64,000 nucleotides of DNA from Raillietiella orientalis (lineage: Eukaryota): contig JAYWIR010000003.1 of NCBI GenBank assembly GCA_036172245.1, forward strand, positions 4,464,001 to 4,528,000, in the 5' to 3' direction. This document shows positions 11,481 to 23,299 of this stretch, one piece after another. Every line of letters begins with the position of its first letter. Position 1 is the first letter of the stretch. Under the pieces are notes generated by a model. It ran no database searches and was not told where the DNA came from. It worked only from the letters and a program-made list of their open reading frames with translations. The translations under genes and the position numbers were made by a program.

Positions 11481-14400
11481 GCCTCGGAGGCACAGTCGGA
11501 GAATTCCGAACGTCTCTCGTCACCCTGCGGAGACACCGCGGCGCCTGCCGAGTGGCAGGGTCGGGTCAGGCACCGCCCGCACGACGCCAACCCGGAAAGC
11601 CCCGATATTCCCGCGGGCAGTGGTGCAGGTTCGAGTGTCCCGAGCTGAAAGCGGTTCACGGAAGAGCGATAGGCTTCAGGACGATTCACGGACGGGTTCT
11701 CTCCTTCCCCGCGCGTTCAAGACCAGACCCACTTTCGTGCGGGACTTCGCCGTTGCCGCCGCCTTCAGGGAAGATTCCCGAGCATCCAAGAAACTCGGAG
11801 CGGGAGTGTCCGTGATCCCTGAAAGCCAAGGACAAGCAGGAGGTCCATAAGGATGCTGGAAAGATGGAGGACGACGCGTTCAGTGGACAGCAGCACCTCG
11901 CGGGTCACCGGCGAAGAGCGGAAATTCGCCTCGAGGCAGAGTCAAGGCAGCTGGCACCCAGGCAGAGATCAGCGTCGGTGGCAGCTCTAGGAGCTGGAGA
12001 AACGACTTGCCACGTTGGAGGGCATCTACGTGCCACCGACTCTCTCGGCTGCGCCCGCTTCCCGTCGACGGGACCGACCGACCCACAACGCGAGGGCGGA
12101 TCGCGCGAGCGCGGAGACGGCGCGCTCCCAGCGCACCCGGGAGGGGAATCGCGAAATCCGTAAGGGAAGCCCCGCACCTTCGGGAGAGAAGAGCTACTCC
12201 CTTGGATGGGGTCCGAGGAGGGATCACCAGCAGACCATTGGGAAAACCCAGGTCGACAGCGCTCCTCGGGAGGCTTTCTGTTCATCAGCACACACTTTCG
12301 GGACTTTGCAAGACTCGGGAGACCGCTTGCGAATTAGTTGCGGCTGGATGCTGCAAACAGATCAGACCAGCAGTTGCTGCGGCAACCAGCTCCCGATGCT
12401 GGGAGCCCCATCGTCTCCCTGCCGCGTCCACAGTCGGTTTCTCTCGAGTGCGCTCGTTCGCAGGAAACGTGCATCCTGCCCACTGGCATGTTTGCCCACG
12501 AGCAGCGGTTCTTCCCATTCGATCGAGAGGGGTCCTGGATGGACCCACGAGAGAGTCGCCAGCATCCCCAAAGTCCGCTCTCCCCGGGAAATCGTTTCGG
12601 GATGACCCCACGCAGCCTCCTCTCCTCCTCGACTTTTCTGGTTCAGCGTGGCGGAACGCTGCAGAGATCCGCGCCCCTCCACGCCTCTTCGCCTCTGGGC
12701 AAGCGAGGGAATTTTGGGTAACCGGACGCCGCAGGGAGAAGCTGCCTTGTTGGGATCCCCGGATTCAAGGTCGGAGCCCAGGATGCGTTCCCCCCTCGTC
12801 ACCTCCCACATCCACCCTTCCTTCCCTCTCTCGAGACGCGGCCACCACCCAAACGCCCTCGCGGGGAACAGCGGGCGTCCCGGAAGCGGGTGATCCCGAA
12901 GGGACGCCTGCTCGGAGGAGGAGACGCAGCCTCGGTTGCGGAGGTAACGAAATGGCATGGCCCTCTCGTCGGCGGGAGCTGAATGCGCCCCCCCACCCCA
13001 CCCCACCCCCACGTTCGGCCTCGACCGCGGGATGCAAGAAGAGAGTCCCATGTCGTTTGATCCGCGGCACGCTGCAGGTCGGCGCTACCGCAACGAGCTT
13101 GAAAGACGCTCGCAGGCAGCAACAGAGTCAGGGTAACTACTGCCGCGAGCGAGCGAGCGCCGCCTCTCGCTCCAGCAGGGAGGGAGGGCGTCCGGAGCTT
13201 CCGCGACACGCTTCCGTGGGGGAGTGGGGGGGGAGAGGAGGCTGCCACGGACGGGCGTATGGGTGGCGAAAAGGCGCCGCTGGGAAGCGTGCGGGCCAGA
13301 CAAGGGAAATCGGGACTCCCTCGTGGACTCTCGTCCCATCCAAACACTGGCGAAGGCACCGGAGACCCGGGAGAGCTGTCAGAGGAAACAAAAAAAAACG
13401 GTGATGACCTCTCATCCGACCTCCCCTTCATAACAATGGGCTTCAGTCAGGCGACGGCCCTGTCGGAGCTGCGGTCCCCCTGTCGGGGAGACCTCTCCCT
13501 CGCGTTGGGGAGGGCGTCGGGGAGGGCGCCGGTGAGAATAGTCCCAGCAGCCTGGGGTGCCGACAAAGCACGTCAGGCCGCCCGTCGGCGAAGAGCCGAC
13601 CTCGGACTTTTGTGGGGAGAGCGGCGCTCCTCGGGCCACGCAGGGGAGTCCCGCATTCCCGCAATCCTGAAGAGGGCTTCCGGTGGGCTCACGGAAAGCG
13701 ATTCCCTGGGAGCGCCCGGACCTCGGAGCTGATCGCCGACTGGGTGACGGCCGGTAGCGCGGCAGGGCTGGATGGCGAGAAATTTGGAAACAGGGGCCCC
13801 AGGAGGGGGCGGCGGAAGAAGGAGGGGCCGCGTCCTGAGAGACAGCGAGCGAGAACGGAGAGGAACCGAAAGGCGAGGAGGAGGGGGAGGAAGCGGCGGG
13901 GAGCCCGCGAGCGAGCGGGACGGCGGCCGCCGCCAGAGGCTGTGAACGGATCGGGAGATTAGGCGCGCCCTGTGCCCCGGGGCAGGAGGCGGCTGGAGTG
14001 GCAGACGTGCCGGCACCCCGTCGGCGGTTAGCGGAAGAGGCCGAACCGCCACGCAACTTCGAGGGAGGGCTGGAGGAGCGGGTTGCTAAGCGACGGGAGA
14101 GGGGAGGGGGTAGCGGGCTCATCGCTCGCGGATGGGGGAAGGGAAGTGGGCCGGAAGGAGTCTGAGATGCAACAAGCGAGTGACGAGGGGAGGACTGGGT
14201 CGGGCCAAAGAGCCTCATCGAAAGGCCCGAGGCCACTCGTTGAAGATGATCCCCGCGCACACCTCCCAGTGGGTTCCCCGCGCTCAGAAGGGAAGTCCTG
14301 GAATCCCTCGAGCGATTAGCAGGACTCACTCTGAGCCCTCCGAAAGAAACTTCAGAGCGGCTCCGGCGGCATCAGAAGCCATCTCTGAACTCGGGAGTAG

Positions 14401-16775
14401 AAGAGGTCACGAGGACGACTGCTTTCCTGACTTCAACCACGCTGCTACTAGCAGCGCGCCCCCATCCTGCTGGCCCACTGGAGCCTCCCCCCTGGGAACG
14501 AGGAGCGCCACCACGGGGGACACTGGCGATCCGGGAGAGCTCTCCACGACTCCGGCGCTCAATCGCGGACTCCCCCACCGCTTCCTCCTCCTCCTCCTCG
14601 CCTTCCGGCTCCGCTCCGTTCTCGAGCGCTGCCTCGCAGGACGCGGTCCCTCCTTCCTCCGCCGTCCCCTCTTGGGACCCCCATTTCCAAATTTCTCGCC
14701 GTCCAGCCTCGCCGCCTAGGGACTGCAGCTCCTCTGGCTCTCCCCGGTCTCATCACTCCCTTGTCGACGGGGGTCTCCCGAGATGCAACCAGGGAGCCCC
14801 CAGAGAGAGCCGCTCCCGGTCGCCAGCTGCCCCGAGAAGCGGAAAGCCCAGATTGTAGTGCGAGGCACTAGCGAGCCTCAGGGCGATCGGGGGCTCACTG
14901 GCTCCGGTTTGGCGGCGAGATGCATCCGTCCCCGCTCCCAATCAACGCTGACCCGCCCCCTGCACCGTGACATGTTGGTGCGTCTTCCCGCCCTCGTTTG
15001 TTTCCTCGCCCCTCGGACCTCTCTATGCCTGCCCCCTCCGTGGGGACCACCCCTTTCCTTTCGGGCTAGCGCCCGTCGGCCCCCCACCCCTCACCGTGAA
15101 AATCGCCTCCTTTCGTTTCAGAGGGAAGGTCCAGGAATCCGGGATGGGGAGTTTGAGAGTCGAGCTACCCTCCCCAGGAAGCTCAGGGAAGGGCACCCAA
15201 GAGGAGACAACTGACCAGCGCGCTGGGGGGAGGAGGTTCCATCGGTCTAGGGGTAGGCTAGCCAGGGAAAGAGAGAGGAGTGATTCTGGGGAGCGGATGG
15301 TCCCGATGCCGTGGGGATTCTCCCCCATAACTTTCCCGCTCTTTCCCGGCCGATACCCAAGGGCAAGCGCGGGTCTCGCCAGAGTCCCCTGCGGCACCAG
15401 CACGGAACAAAGGGGAACTCCGGCTCTGGCTGGTGCGACGGTCCAGGGAAAGCTCGCGCTGGCCCGAGGAGAGGCTGGTTGGTCCTACGCCAGGAGGGAA
15501 AGATCCCGTCCCTGCTCCCTTCTTCCTTCTCCCCCTACAGTGCGGGTCAAGAAGGAAGGGACCCAACCCACACGTCCAGGTTTCCCCCCACCCTCACTCC
15601 GCACGTTTCGCTCGAGCCGAGAACGGGGGGAGCGTGGAGGCGCTGCCCCGGGAGGCGCAACGCCGGGGGAAAGGAAAATCGATTTTACCCCGCTGGTGGG
15701 AGGCCGGAGGTGGGGAGCCACCGAATGGGCAGAGGACGCCACCTCTCCGAGAGGAACGGGGGACGCGCCTACGCCTTCGGCGCGCCAGCTGCGGGAAGTG
15801 CCCCACGGGACATGGGCGCACGGGCAACCGCGTTCCCAGCAACCCCGCGGTTGGAGCGGCATCCGCTGGGGAAGGGAGGGAGAAAGGAGGAGGGGAGCGG
15901 AGCCCCCATACAGGGGACCACTTCGAGTCCGCCGGACAGCTGGACCACCCCCCGCCCGTGTCCTGGAAACCGGATGGATGGGCCGAAGATTTACGTAAGC
16001 TCGTGATGCTCATGGGTTTTCCCTGGAACCCATTTGCGGCCGACGCGACTGAAGGGAGCGCTCATTTCGCGGAACCGTTACTAAGGAAACGTTCGCAATG
16101 TAACGGAACTGGCTCGCGCCTAGCGGGAACACAAAGGAGAAGGAGAGGGCTGGAGAGACTGAAAGGCAATCCATAAATCGCAGTCCATAATCGATTTTCG
16201 GGAAGAGGAAAGACCCCCTTCCTCCCCCCCGAGGGCATGACCCCGACGGAGAAGGACCGGTGCGTGCAGCGTACACAGAGACCCCTTCCCGCCGTCGCGT
16301 CCGCGCCGCTCTTCGAGGGGCGGCGCGCGAAATTCGCGCGACTTCGCGAAGCGATGAGAGGCGGGACGCCGACCCCTCCATAGCCTTGACAACGGAGGGA
16401 AGGAGGCAGGAAGGAAAAGGGGGGGAGGGGAGGGGTAACGCGGAAGAAGCGGGCTTGCGACGTTTGCCTCCCCCCGAAGACGACCCTCTCCTGGAGATGC
16501 GCCGCCGCCGCCCTCTGCCGTCATCGCTGCTGTCGCGTCACGGCAGCGACGACTCGCCTCGCAAATGATGCGCTGTCACAGCCCCGGTGGCAGGGAAGGA
16601 CGGGTCAGACATCTTCCCCCCCCCCCTCCCTCCCTCTTCCTCCTTGCCCCGAGAGAGTGGGGGAGGGGGACAATCTCCCTGAAAGGATCGGGGGCTTTCA
16701 GGATGCGGAGGCGGAGCCCTCGGGCTCTCGAAGAACCGGGAATCGTGGCTTCGTTGATCCCGCGTGCTCCAAGAG

Positions 16776-17465
16776 GTGACGTCACGTGGCCGTGGGCCGG
16801 CGTTCCTCGGAGCACGCCCGAAGAAAAGCATTCGCTGGAGGAGCGAAGAGAAAGGCAGAAAAGGAGGACCGCGATGAAACGGGGAGAAGGGGAGCGGGAA
16901 AGCGGGAAGCGGCAGTCGAGGCGGGTGCAGAGGCACCGAGGTGCGGGGTCAGAGCGGCGCTTGAGACGCGCGAGCGCCGGAAAGGCTCGCGCGAATCCCG
17001 CGCGTTTTCTCCCCCCCTCCCCCCTTCCCGAGCGGGAATGCAGGAACATTCTGGGTGCACGGGCGCGCGCCCTCCACAACTGTCGGCACCCCCACGTTGC
17101 TACGGACCGGGGCCAGCTAGCGCGTCCCAGCATCGTTTTTCCTCCTCCTCCTCTCCCCCTAGGCGACCGTCTCACGGAAAAAAGAGGGTAACGCAGATGC
17201 AGCAGCTCCGGAGCTCAAGCCTCCCGTCAAATGGAGCTGCCCCCTCCCCGAACACAATCTCAGACGGAACGTAAACTTTGAAAAATGGCCCGACCAGGAG
17301 GAGCGAAAGAAAGGAGGAAGTAGGGGGGGGGAGGACCCCGGTGGAACCCTTTAATGCCTCTGCTTTGTTTCCTTCCTCCTCCGGGAAGCCGGAGCTCCGG
17401 TGTTTCATGGAGTACGAACGCGTAGTTGCCTCCGCGCGGAACAAAGGAGGGTGACGTCACGGAAG
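16776..17465. promoter_or_regulatory. Two full CRE/ATF palindromes in a CpG-island-like region
   Basis: GTGACGTCAC at 16776-16785 (overlapping E-box CACGTG at 16783-16788) and at 17451-17460 (followed by GGAAG). Function inferred. Confidence 0.35.
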
Positions 17466-20400
17466 GGGCGGTCCCGGTCGGGAGCGGCCGAACGCGGCTC
17501 GAAAGAACTTTCGACAGAGAAACAAATTGCGGTCGTCTCCGGCAGGAACGCCGCCCGCTGTCCAACCGCCCGGGTCGGCGCGGCGGCGGCGGAGGAAGAG
17601 GAGGAAGTCAGGAGCTCCCGCCACTGCTCTTCGCCGAGGAGGACCCCCGGGAGAGATCGAAGCCGGCGGCAGAAGGGGGGCGCGCAGGGCAGCGGCGGCG
17701 GAGCCACGCACTTGGGCCGGTCGGCCGCAAGCAGCCAGTGGTCCCTTTTCCTCCCCGGCACCGAGCTCGGCTGAGCGACGTAGACTCCCTGGAACGGGAA
17801 GAACTGCATGGAAAACGAGGGGGAGGGGGGTCTCGCCTTCTAGGAGTGCTGCCCTTCCACGCGCTCAAGAAGTGCTCTTTCCGCTGCCCGCGTTGAGGCA
17901 AGAGGCACTTGCCCCGGCAACCACACCCACCTGCATGCGGCCCATCTTCATCCCGGGAACGGTGGCTGCTCCCCCCAGCCTCCGTCGATTTCAGAAGGAA
18001 CTCGGAGCCCAAGGGGAAGACGCAAGGCGGATCACCACCCAGTGAAAGTGAGCCGCGCTTCTCGTCCAAGTTATCCATCCGCTGGGGGACAAACGAGACG
18101 AGAGACCCCCAGGGACGGAAGTTCCGCACAGGGAAGGGGGCAGAACCGAAAGAGTCACGTGCACGGGAAAGGTGACGGTGGAGAGAGGGAAGGGGGCACG
18201 GCGTGACCGAGTGGAATTCGCAATGCACAAATCAAAGAGGAGGGGATCCTAGCCATGATCCGGTTGTCGGGGCCGCCACCACTTCCAGTAGGCGATGCGG
18301 ATGGGGCTGCAGAAAATCTCGCAGGGAAAAATTTCCAGGAGACCCTTCAGGCCGGTGCTCCTTCCTTTCCGAGACTTCTCCACATCCCTCCTTAGCCGGG
18401 GGTCTACAGGATGGTGCGCGCGCGGCCCGGGTCGAACGACGAGACTTGGCGGCGGCGCCGTCTGGGGAAGTCACCGCGGATCCGCAGCACAGAGCGGGAG
18501 TCCGAGACGCTCCTGTCGCCTCAGCGCGGGCAAAAGCGGACGGCGGACGACCGAGGATGAACCATGAGGAGGGGGGGGAGACAGACGGGGCGGGAGAGGA
18601 AGCAAGGAATTTGGCCATCCCGGATTCGGAGGAGGAAGGAAACAGGAGTAGGAGTAGGAGCTAAGGAAGAGAAAATCCAATAAAGAAATGCGATGGGGAA
18701 AGAACAGACCCGATTTACCCCCCACGAGAGGAGGGTTGGTTCGCTGTCCTCGTCGCCTCTCGTTTCACAGAGGTTTCCAGGGTCTGTGAAATGCCAGACT
18801 CGTAGAAAACGCCTCGTCTCACCTCAGAGAGGTCATCGATGACCGGAGTCGGGGTCCCTCTGCACCAACATCAGAAACCTGACAGTGGAATGGGGGGGGG
18901 GGGGGGTGATAATGGTGACGCGCCACTTTCGGCAGCGCAGCCGGTGGAGGACGGCCACTTGCAATCGGTCCGCCGCTTCCGGAGCGGATGGCCTGGGAGA
19001 GGGGTTGCCTGGTTACCCCTCGTGTTTCCCTCCGGGTGGGTAGGCGGATTCCGGAGAGGCCCGTCCTTCCCTCTGAGACAAAGCAGAGGCAGTGCGAGAC
19101 TAATTGAAGGCTTCGGGCCGGGAGATTGGCAGCTGCCATTCACGTGACCGCGAGGAAAGCGAAAATAAAAGGGCGGATGGGAACGGACGGGACTCGCAGG
19201 TTCTCCCTGCGCTCATGATGCGGGCAGGATCGGTCCCCCCTCCTGTCCTTCCCCGGCGTCCTCTCTCCTGCGCTGCGCGCGGGAAGACGAAGTTTCCCTT
19301 CGTGGGAAACTTCCTCTTCCTGAGGGTTCCATGGTGGGAACGTCTTTAGGTGTGGCGGGTTGACGCAGGGATCCTGGCCGATGACGGCTCCGGGAACCGT
19401 TTCTTCCGCGGCCCGCTGTTGCCCCATCTGGCGGAAGAGCCTTGAGCGATTCCACGGGGTTCTGCACGCCGTTTGCTCCTGAGGACCCTCTCCCCTTCAA
19501 AAAGGGAAAGAGAGAAAGGAAAGGAGGAAGAAGTGAACCCTCCCTGCTCCTCATTCCCCCTCCCTCTCCAGCCGCCAACGAGGTGGAGTCTCGTCTGCTT
19601 ACCCGCCCACTCATCGCTCCTGCCCACCCGACCTTCCTGGCTCCCCTCAAGGAAACTCCCTCGGGGGTCTGTCACTGGCGGCCTCTGCCCTTCGAGAAGC
19701 GCCGTCGCCCTCCCTGAGGCTTCCAGCCACGGCTGCGTCTCTTCCCGCCGAGACTCGCGCCCTCCTGCCGTCCCCTTCGCTGCTTACTCCCAGGGAGACG
19801 TTGAACCGGGCTGTCGGTGCCTCCAGCAGAGGGAAGAGTCAGCCTGCATTCCAGCAACCACGCAGAACGAGACCTTCCAATCGTCTTTCCAGGGTTTTCT
19901 TCCTGTAAGAATCTCTCCAGATGGAGGCCACCGGGGAAGCTCGAGGGAACCAGGAGGGAAGGAAGGGTGAATGGTGGCGGCAGGAGTCTCCGAGGTGCTC
20001 TCCCTTCGGGCGAGGGAAGGCTCCGCCCCTTGCTGCGGTCTCCTCGAGAAGAACGAGATCGGACTGGGGAGACCCGAAGGAGGTTACTCCAGGGATGCTG
20101 AGGAAGGCAGAGCGGAGTGGAGGAGCCTTCTCAAAACCTCCTCTGCTTCTGCCGCCGTCAGCGCGCCTGCCCTTCACACTCCTCTCGGGATCTCTGGACT
20201 ATGGAAGGGTTTCCAAGGAGATCCTATTTCCATTCCGTCAGCCTAATGCTGGGCCTCTCACGCCCATCTTTCATCCTCGCTCTTGTATGAGGCCGACGCC
20301 AAGTGCAGAGCCATCCGACGACCTCGCGGACTGAATCTCCTCCGTCTGCCTCTGGTCAGGTGACCCTTTCCGTTTTCCCAAGTGCTCCTTCCGCGCAAGG

Positions 20401-21030
20401 CACTGTTGATCGAAGGCTCCAACAGGGAGCACGCCGTCGCCTGGGGGATTCGGTCCCTGAGATCTCCCCTCGCGGGGAACGGGGACGTATCGAGGAAGGA
20501 GCGGCCTGCCTTCGCTCCCGCGAACGACGCTCCTTTCGAGTTCCTCGGGACCGTCGCAGTCGGAAACTGCCTCCACCCGAGACGAGTTGGGGAGCGTCCC
20601 TGGCCAGGTCTCCACCAGCTACGCCGGCGCCGCGTCGTACCCAGTCCAAGCTCTCCTGTCCGGGGGGTTGTGACTTGGTCTCAGCGAGGGGGGGAGTCTC
20701 CTCTGGTTCCTGGACTATTGGGAGGGAGGAACCACTCCGATGCGCGCATGCATCATCCCGGACTCTTCCTGCTCTGGAGACGTCTCGTGCTGCGGAACCG
20801 CGGTGGCTTCCTCGGCCGGCGCCGCCTCCAAGTCTCGTCGTTTGGCCCAGGCCGCGCGCTCACCATCCAGAGAAGAAGCCACCTCCCACAGTCCCTGCTC
20901 CCCTTGCAAGAGTCCAGTGCGAGTCTGCTGGGGGCAGCTGCTTCTCCCAGGGCGTGGTCGAAACGGATGGGAAGAACAGCCACTGGGTCTGTGCCTCTTC
21001 GCTACGCTCTTCCGCCCTCCTTCGGGAGAG

Positions 21031-21161
21031 GTGAGCTCCTCCCAATTCTTTCCTTTGCTCTCTTCCTTTCCGCAAAAAAGGAAAATTCGGTTCGGCGGAG
21101 GAAGAAGGAGGGCAAAAGTTCTCTGGTTCCGACCTGAAAGTGACGTGACGGTCGTGCGCAG
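21031..21161 (+). other. Candidate spliceosomal intron
   Basis: GAG|GTGAGC donor; TGAC branch-like motifs and GCGCAG| acceptor. Confidence 0.35.
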
Positions 21162-21330
21162 GCGGGCAGGCTCTCACTCGGGCTGCTGGATACATGTCAC
21201 ACACGTACACCTTCTCAAGGAGATTAATGTCCGAAGTCTTCATCAGCTGCGTGTTCGTTTCCGCCAGATTGTTTGCAAATCCCTAAATCCCTCTCCCTGA
21301 GCTAGTAGACTCAGTGTCCTCAATTACTCA

Positions 21331-21413
21331 GTAAGTGTTCTTCATGGAATCCTCTGAGCTATCAGAAAACTTCTGAAAAATCATTAATGAATGCTTGATT
21401 TATTTCGGTGCAG
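21331..21413 (+). other. Candidate spliceosomal intron (83 nt)
   Basis: GTAAGT donor, AT-rich body, TTTATTTCGGTGCAG| acceptor. Confidence 0.45.
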
Positions 21414-22259
21414 GGCGTCATTTCTGCGAAGAGAGAACGATTTCGGAAAATTTCCATTTTTATGCTAATGGCAGTTTTTCTGTTTGAGTTCCCGCTTGCT
21501 TTCTACGGCGCGTCTCCTCGCCAGTCATGCAACGGAACTATCGTTCACCCTGGAACGAAAGCAGCCCGTGTGCTTCCTAGATGGCTCTTGGTATTCCCCG
21601 CTTTTTAATCCTCGTTACAGAGAAGCGCTTTCTTCTGGTGTGTTTCCCATCGGCTTCTCACCTTCACGGACTCGAGCGTTTTCGTTGTCATGAGGGATAT
21701 TAAGGACCCAATACGTGGAAGGTTTCCCACTCCCGACAATCCTTTTTCCCCCTGACGTTGTGATCGTTTGCATGAATACGAAAAAGGAAAATGTCTAGTA
21801 CGAGATCACATAGCTTGTAGAGAACACCTCAGAATTTTTACTGCATGGGTTCACCACGTAAATGGAGCCGGTAATGACGTGCTTCCTTCACAAGTCTTTC
21901 GGCTTGCGAGAAATAAAAGCTGCGTGCGACACTGTAAAACAGAGATAAAATGTGCGTAAATGAATTTTCTTTCCAAGGGAGAACAGGAAAGCACTCAGCT
22001 GACGAACTAAAAAAGCAGAATGCAGACCTTGGAATCGTTCTTCGAAAAGGGGGTGCATTTAAAAGGTGCACGGCCAAAATGCTTCAGACATTCAACCTCG
22101 TTGAAATGCAAGATGTGAATACGCTGGCTCGCGTGTCAACTTGCAGCGCTCATTCGTTGACTTTAGGCGCCTTCCTGAAAGTTATACGGCCGCTATTTTT
22201 TTTTTTTTTTACCCCTCCCTCTCTCTTCTGCTTTCTGTCTCTTGATGCACAATCACTCT

Positions 22260-22443
22260 ATTGTTGAAAGCTGGAAATATGCATTGTTGAAAGACGGAAA
22301 TATGCATTGTTGAAAGACGGAAATATGCATTGTTGAAAGACGGAAATATGCATTGTTGAAAGACGGAAATATGCATTGTTGAAAGACGGAAATTTGTATT
22401 GTTGAAAGACGGAAATTTGTATTGTTGAACAGGGAAAATGTGC
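22260..22443. repeat. Minisatellite, 23-bp unit ATTGTTGAAAGACGGAAATATGC, about 8 copies
   Basis: Read directly. Units 2-5 are identical, units 6-7 end in TTTGT, units 1 and 8 are diverged. No spacers. Confidence 0.97.
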
Positions 22444-23299
22444 ACTCTTGAAAATCATGCAGCATTCGCAGCACCGTGTTCGCTTCTCAAGTCATTCGGT
22501 TTTACTTATTTATAATAAACAAGCTTCATTAAAGCTTGTTTATCCCAAAAGAAATAAAAAAGGAGGAGGGGGAGGAAAATGGAATTTTCGAAGCGTCATA
22601 GTTAAAAGTTCTCCTTTTCTAGTTTGTATAGAAAAATTTAAACTGTTCTGACGGATCTTCCTGTACAGATGAAGAAGGGAAACGAAATTGAAAGCCGTGC
22701 GAAACAGAGGATGCGAACAAATGGGCAAACAAAAAAGATGGGTTCGAAAAGAAAATGGCTGCTCAGCTCAAGCGACGCGGGGGCTGGAATCCATCCTACG
22801 TCACTTTGACATGGGGAGAAAACGCCGTCACTTTGACGGCATTCTTTTCCCCCCATGAACCCAGCAATCATGTTGGGAGCTCAGGGCTTAGTACCGACGC
22901 CACAGCCTCGAAAATATTGATTTGCACGAGCAGGTGATGGAATGAAAGAAGGCGGATTGGTGCGCAGGTCGGAGCTGAGCTCCGAAGAAAGTGTCTTCTT
23001 TTAAATATGGTTTCAACGAAAATTCCTTTCTCCTTTCTGGCAGTTGCGACGCGCCCTGTGCCACCAGCCCGGAGTCTCTTGCAAGAGTGCTTGTGCAATG
23101 TTCAAAACACTCCCTTCTACGACTGCAGCGGTCTGCTCTCCGCTTCCGATGACCGCTCTGCTGCTCGCCATTCCGGATAGCCTCAAGTCGCTCCCGAGGG
23201 ATCTCCCGTTCTCTCCGGATGATGTCATTGGTGACCGCTTTCTTCAGCGCGCCTTGTCAAAACGCCCCTTCGTCGCACGTGGGAGGACGAGAGCTCTCG

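Noticed and set aside
12986..13010. G-quadruplex-capable tracts (also about 32295-32312)
   Set aside because: Common in this GC-rich, low-complexity background, with no specific context.
12007..13404. 465-aa ORF, and similar long ORFs at 29778-31031, 31050-32084, 55208-56497, 56232-57242 and 14967-15998
   Set aside because: R/G/P/S/A-rich with no recognisable domain, and several overlapping frames are open. This is expected in GC-rich DNA, often antisense to LINE relics.
22260..22443. CRISPR array (the unit contains GTTGAAAG, like some CRISPR repeat ends)
   Set aside because: The units are contiguous with no unique spacers, there are no cas genes, and the context is eukaryotic.
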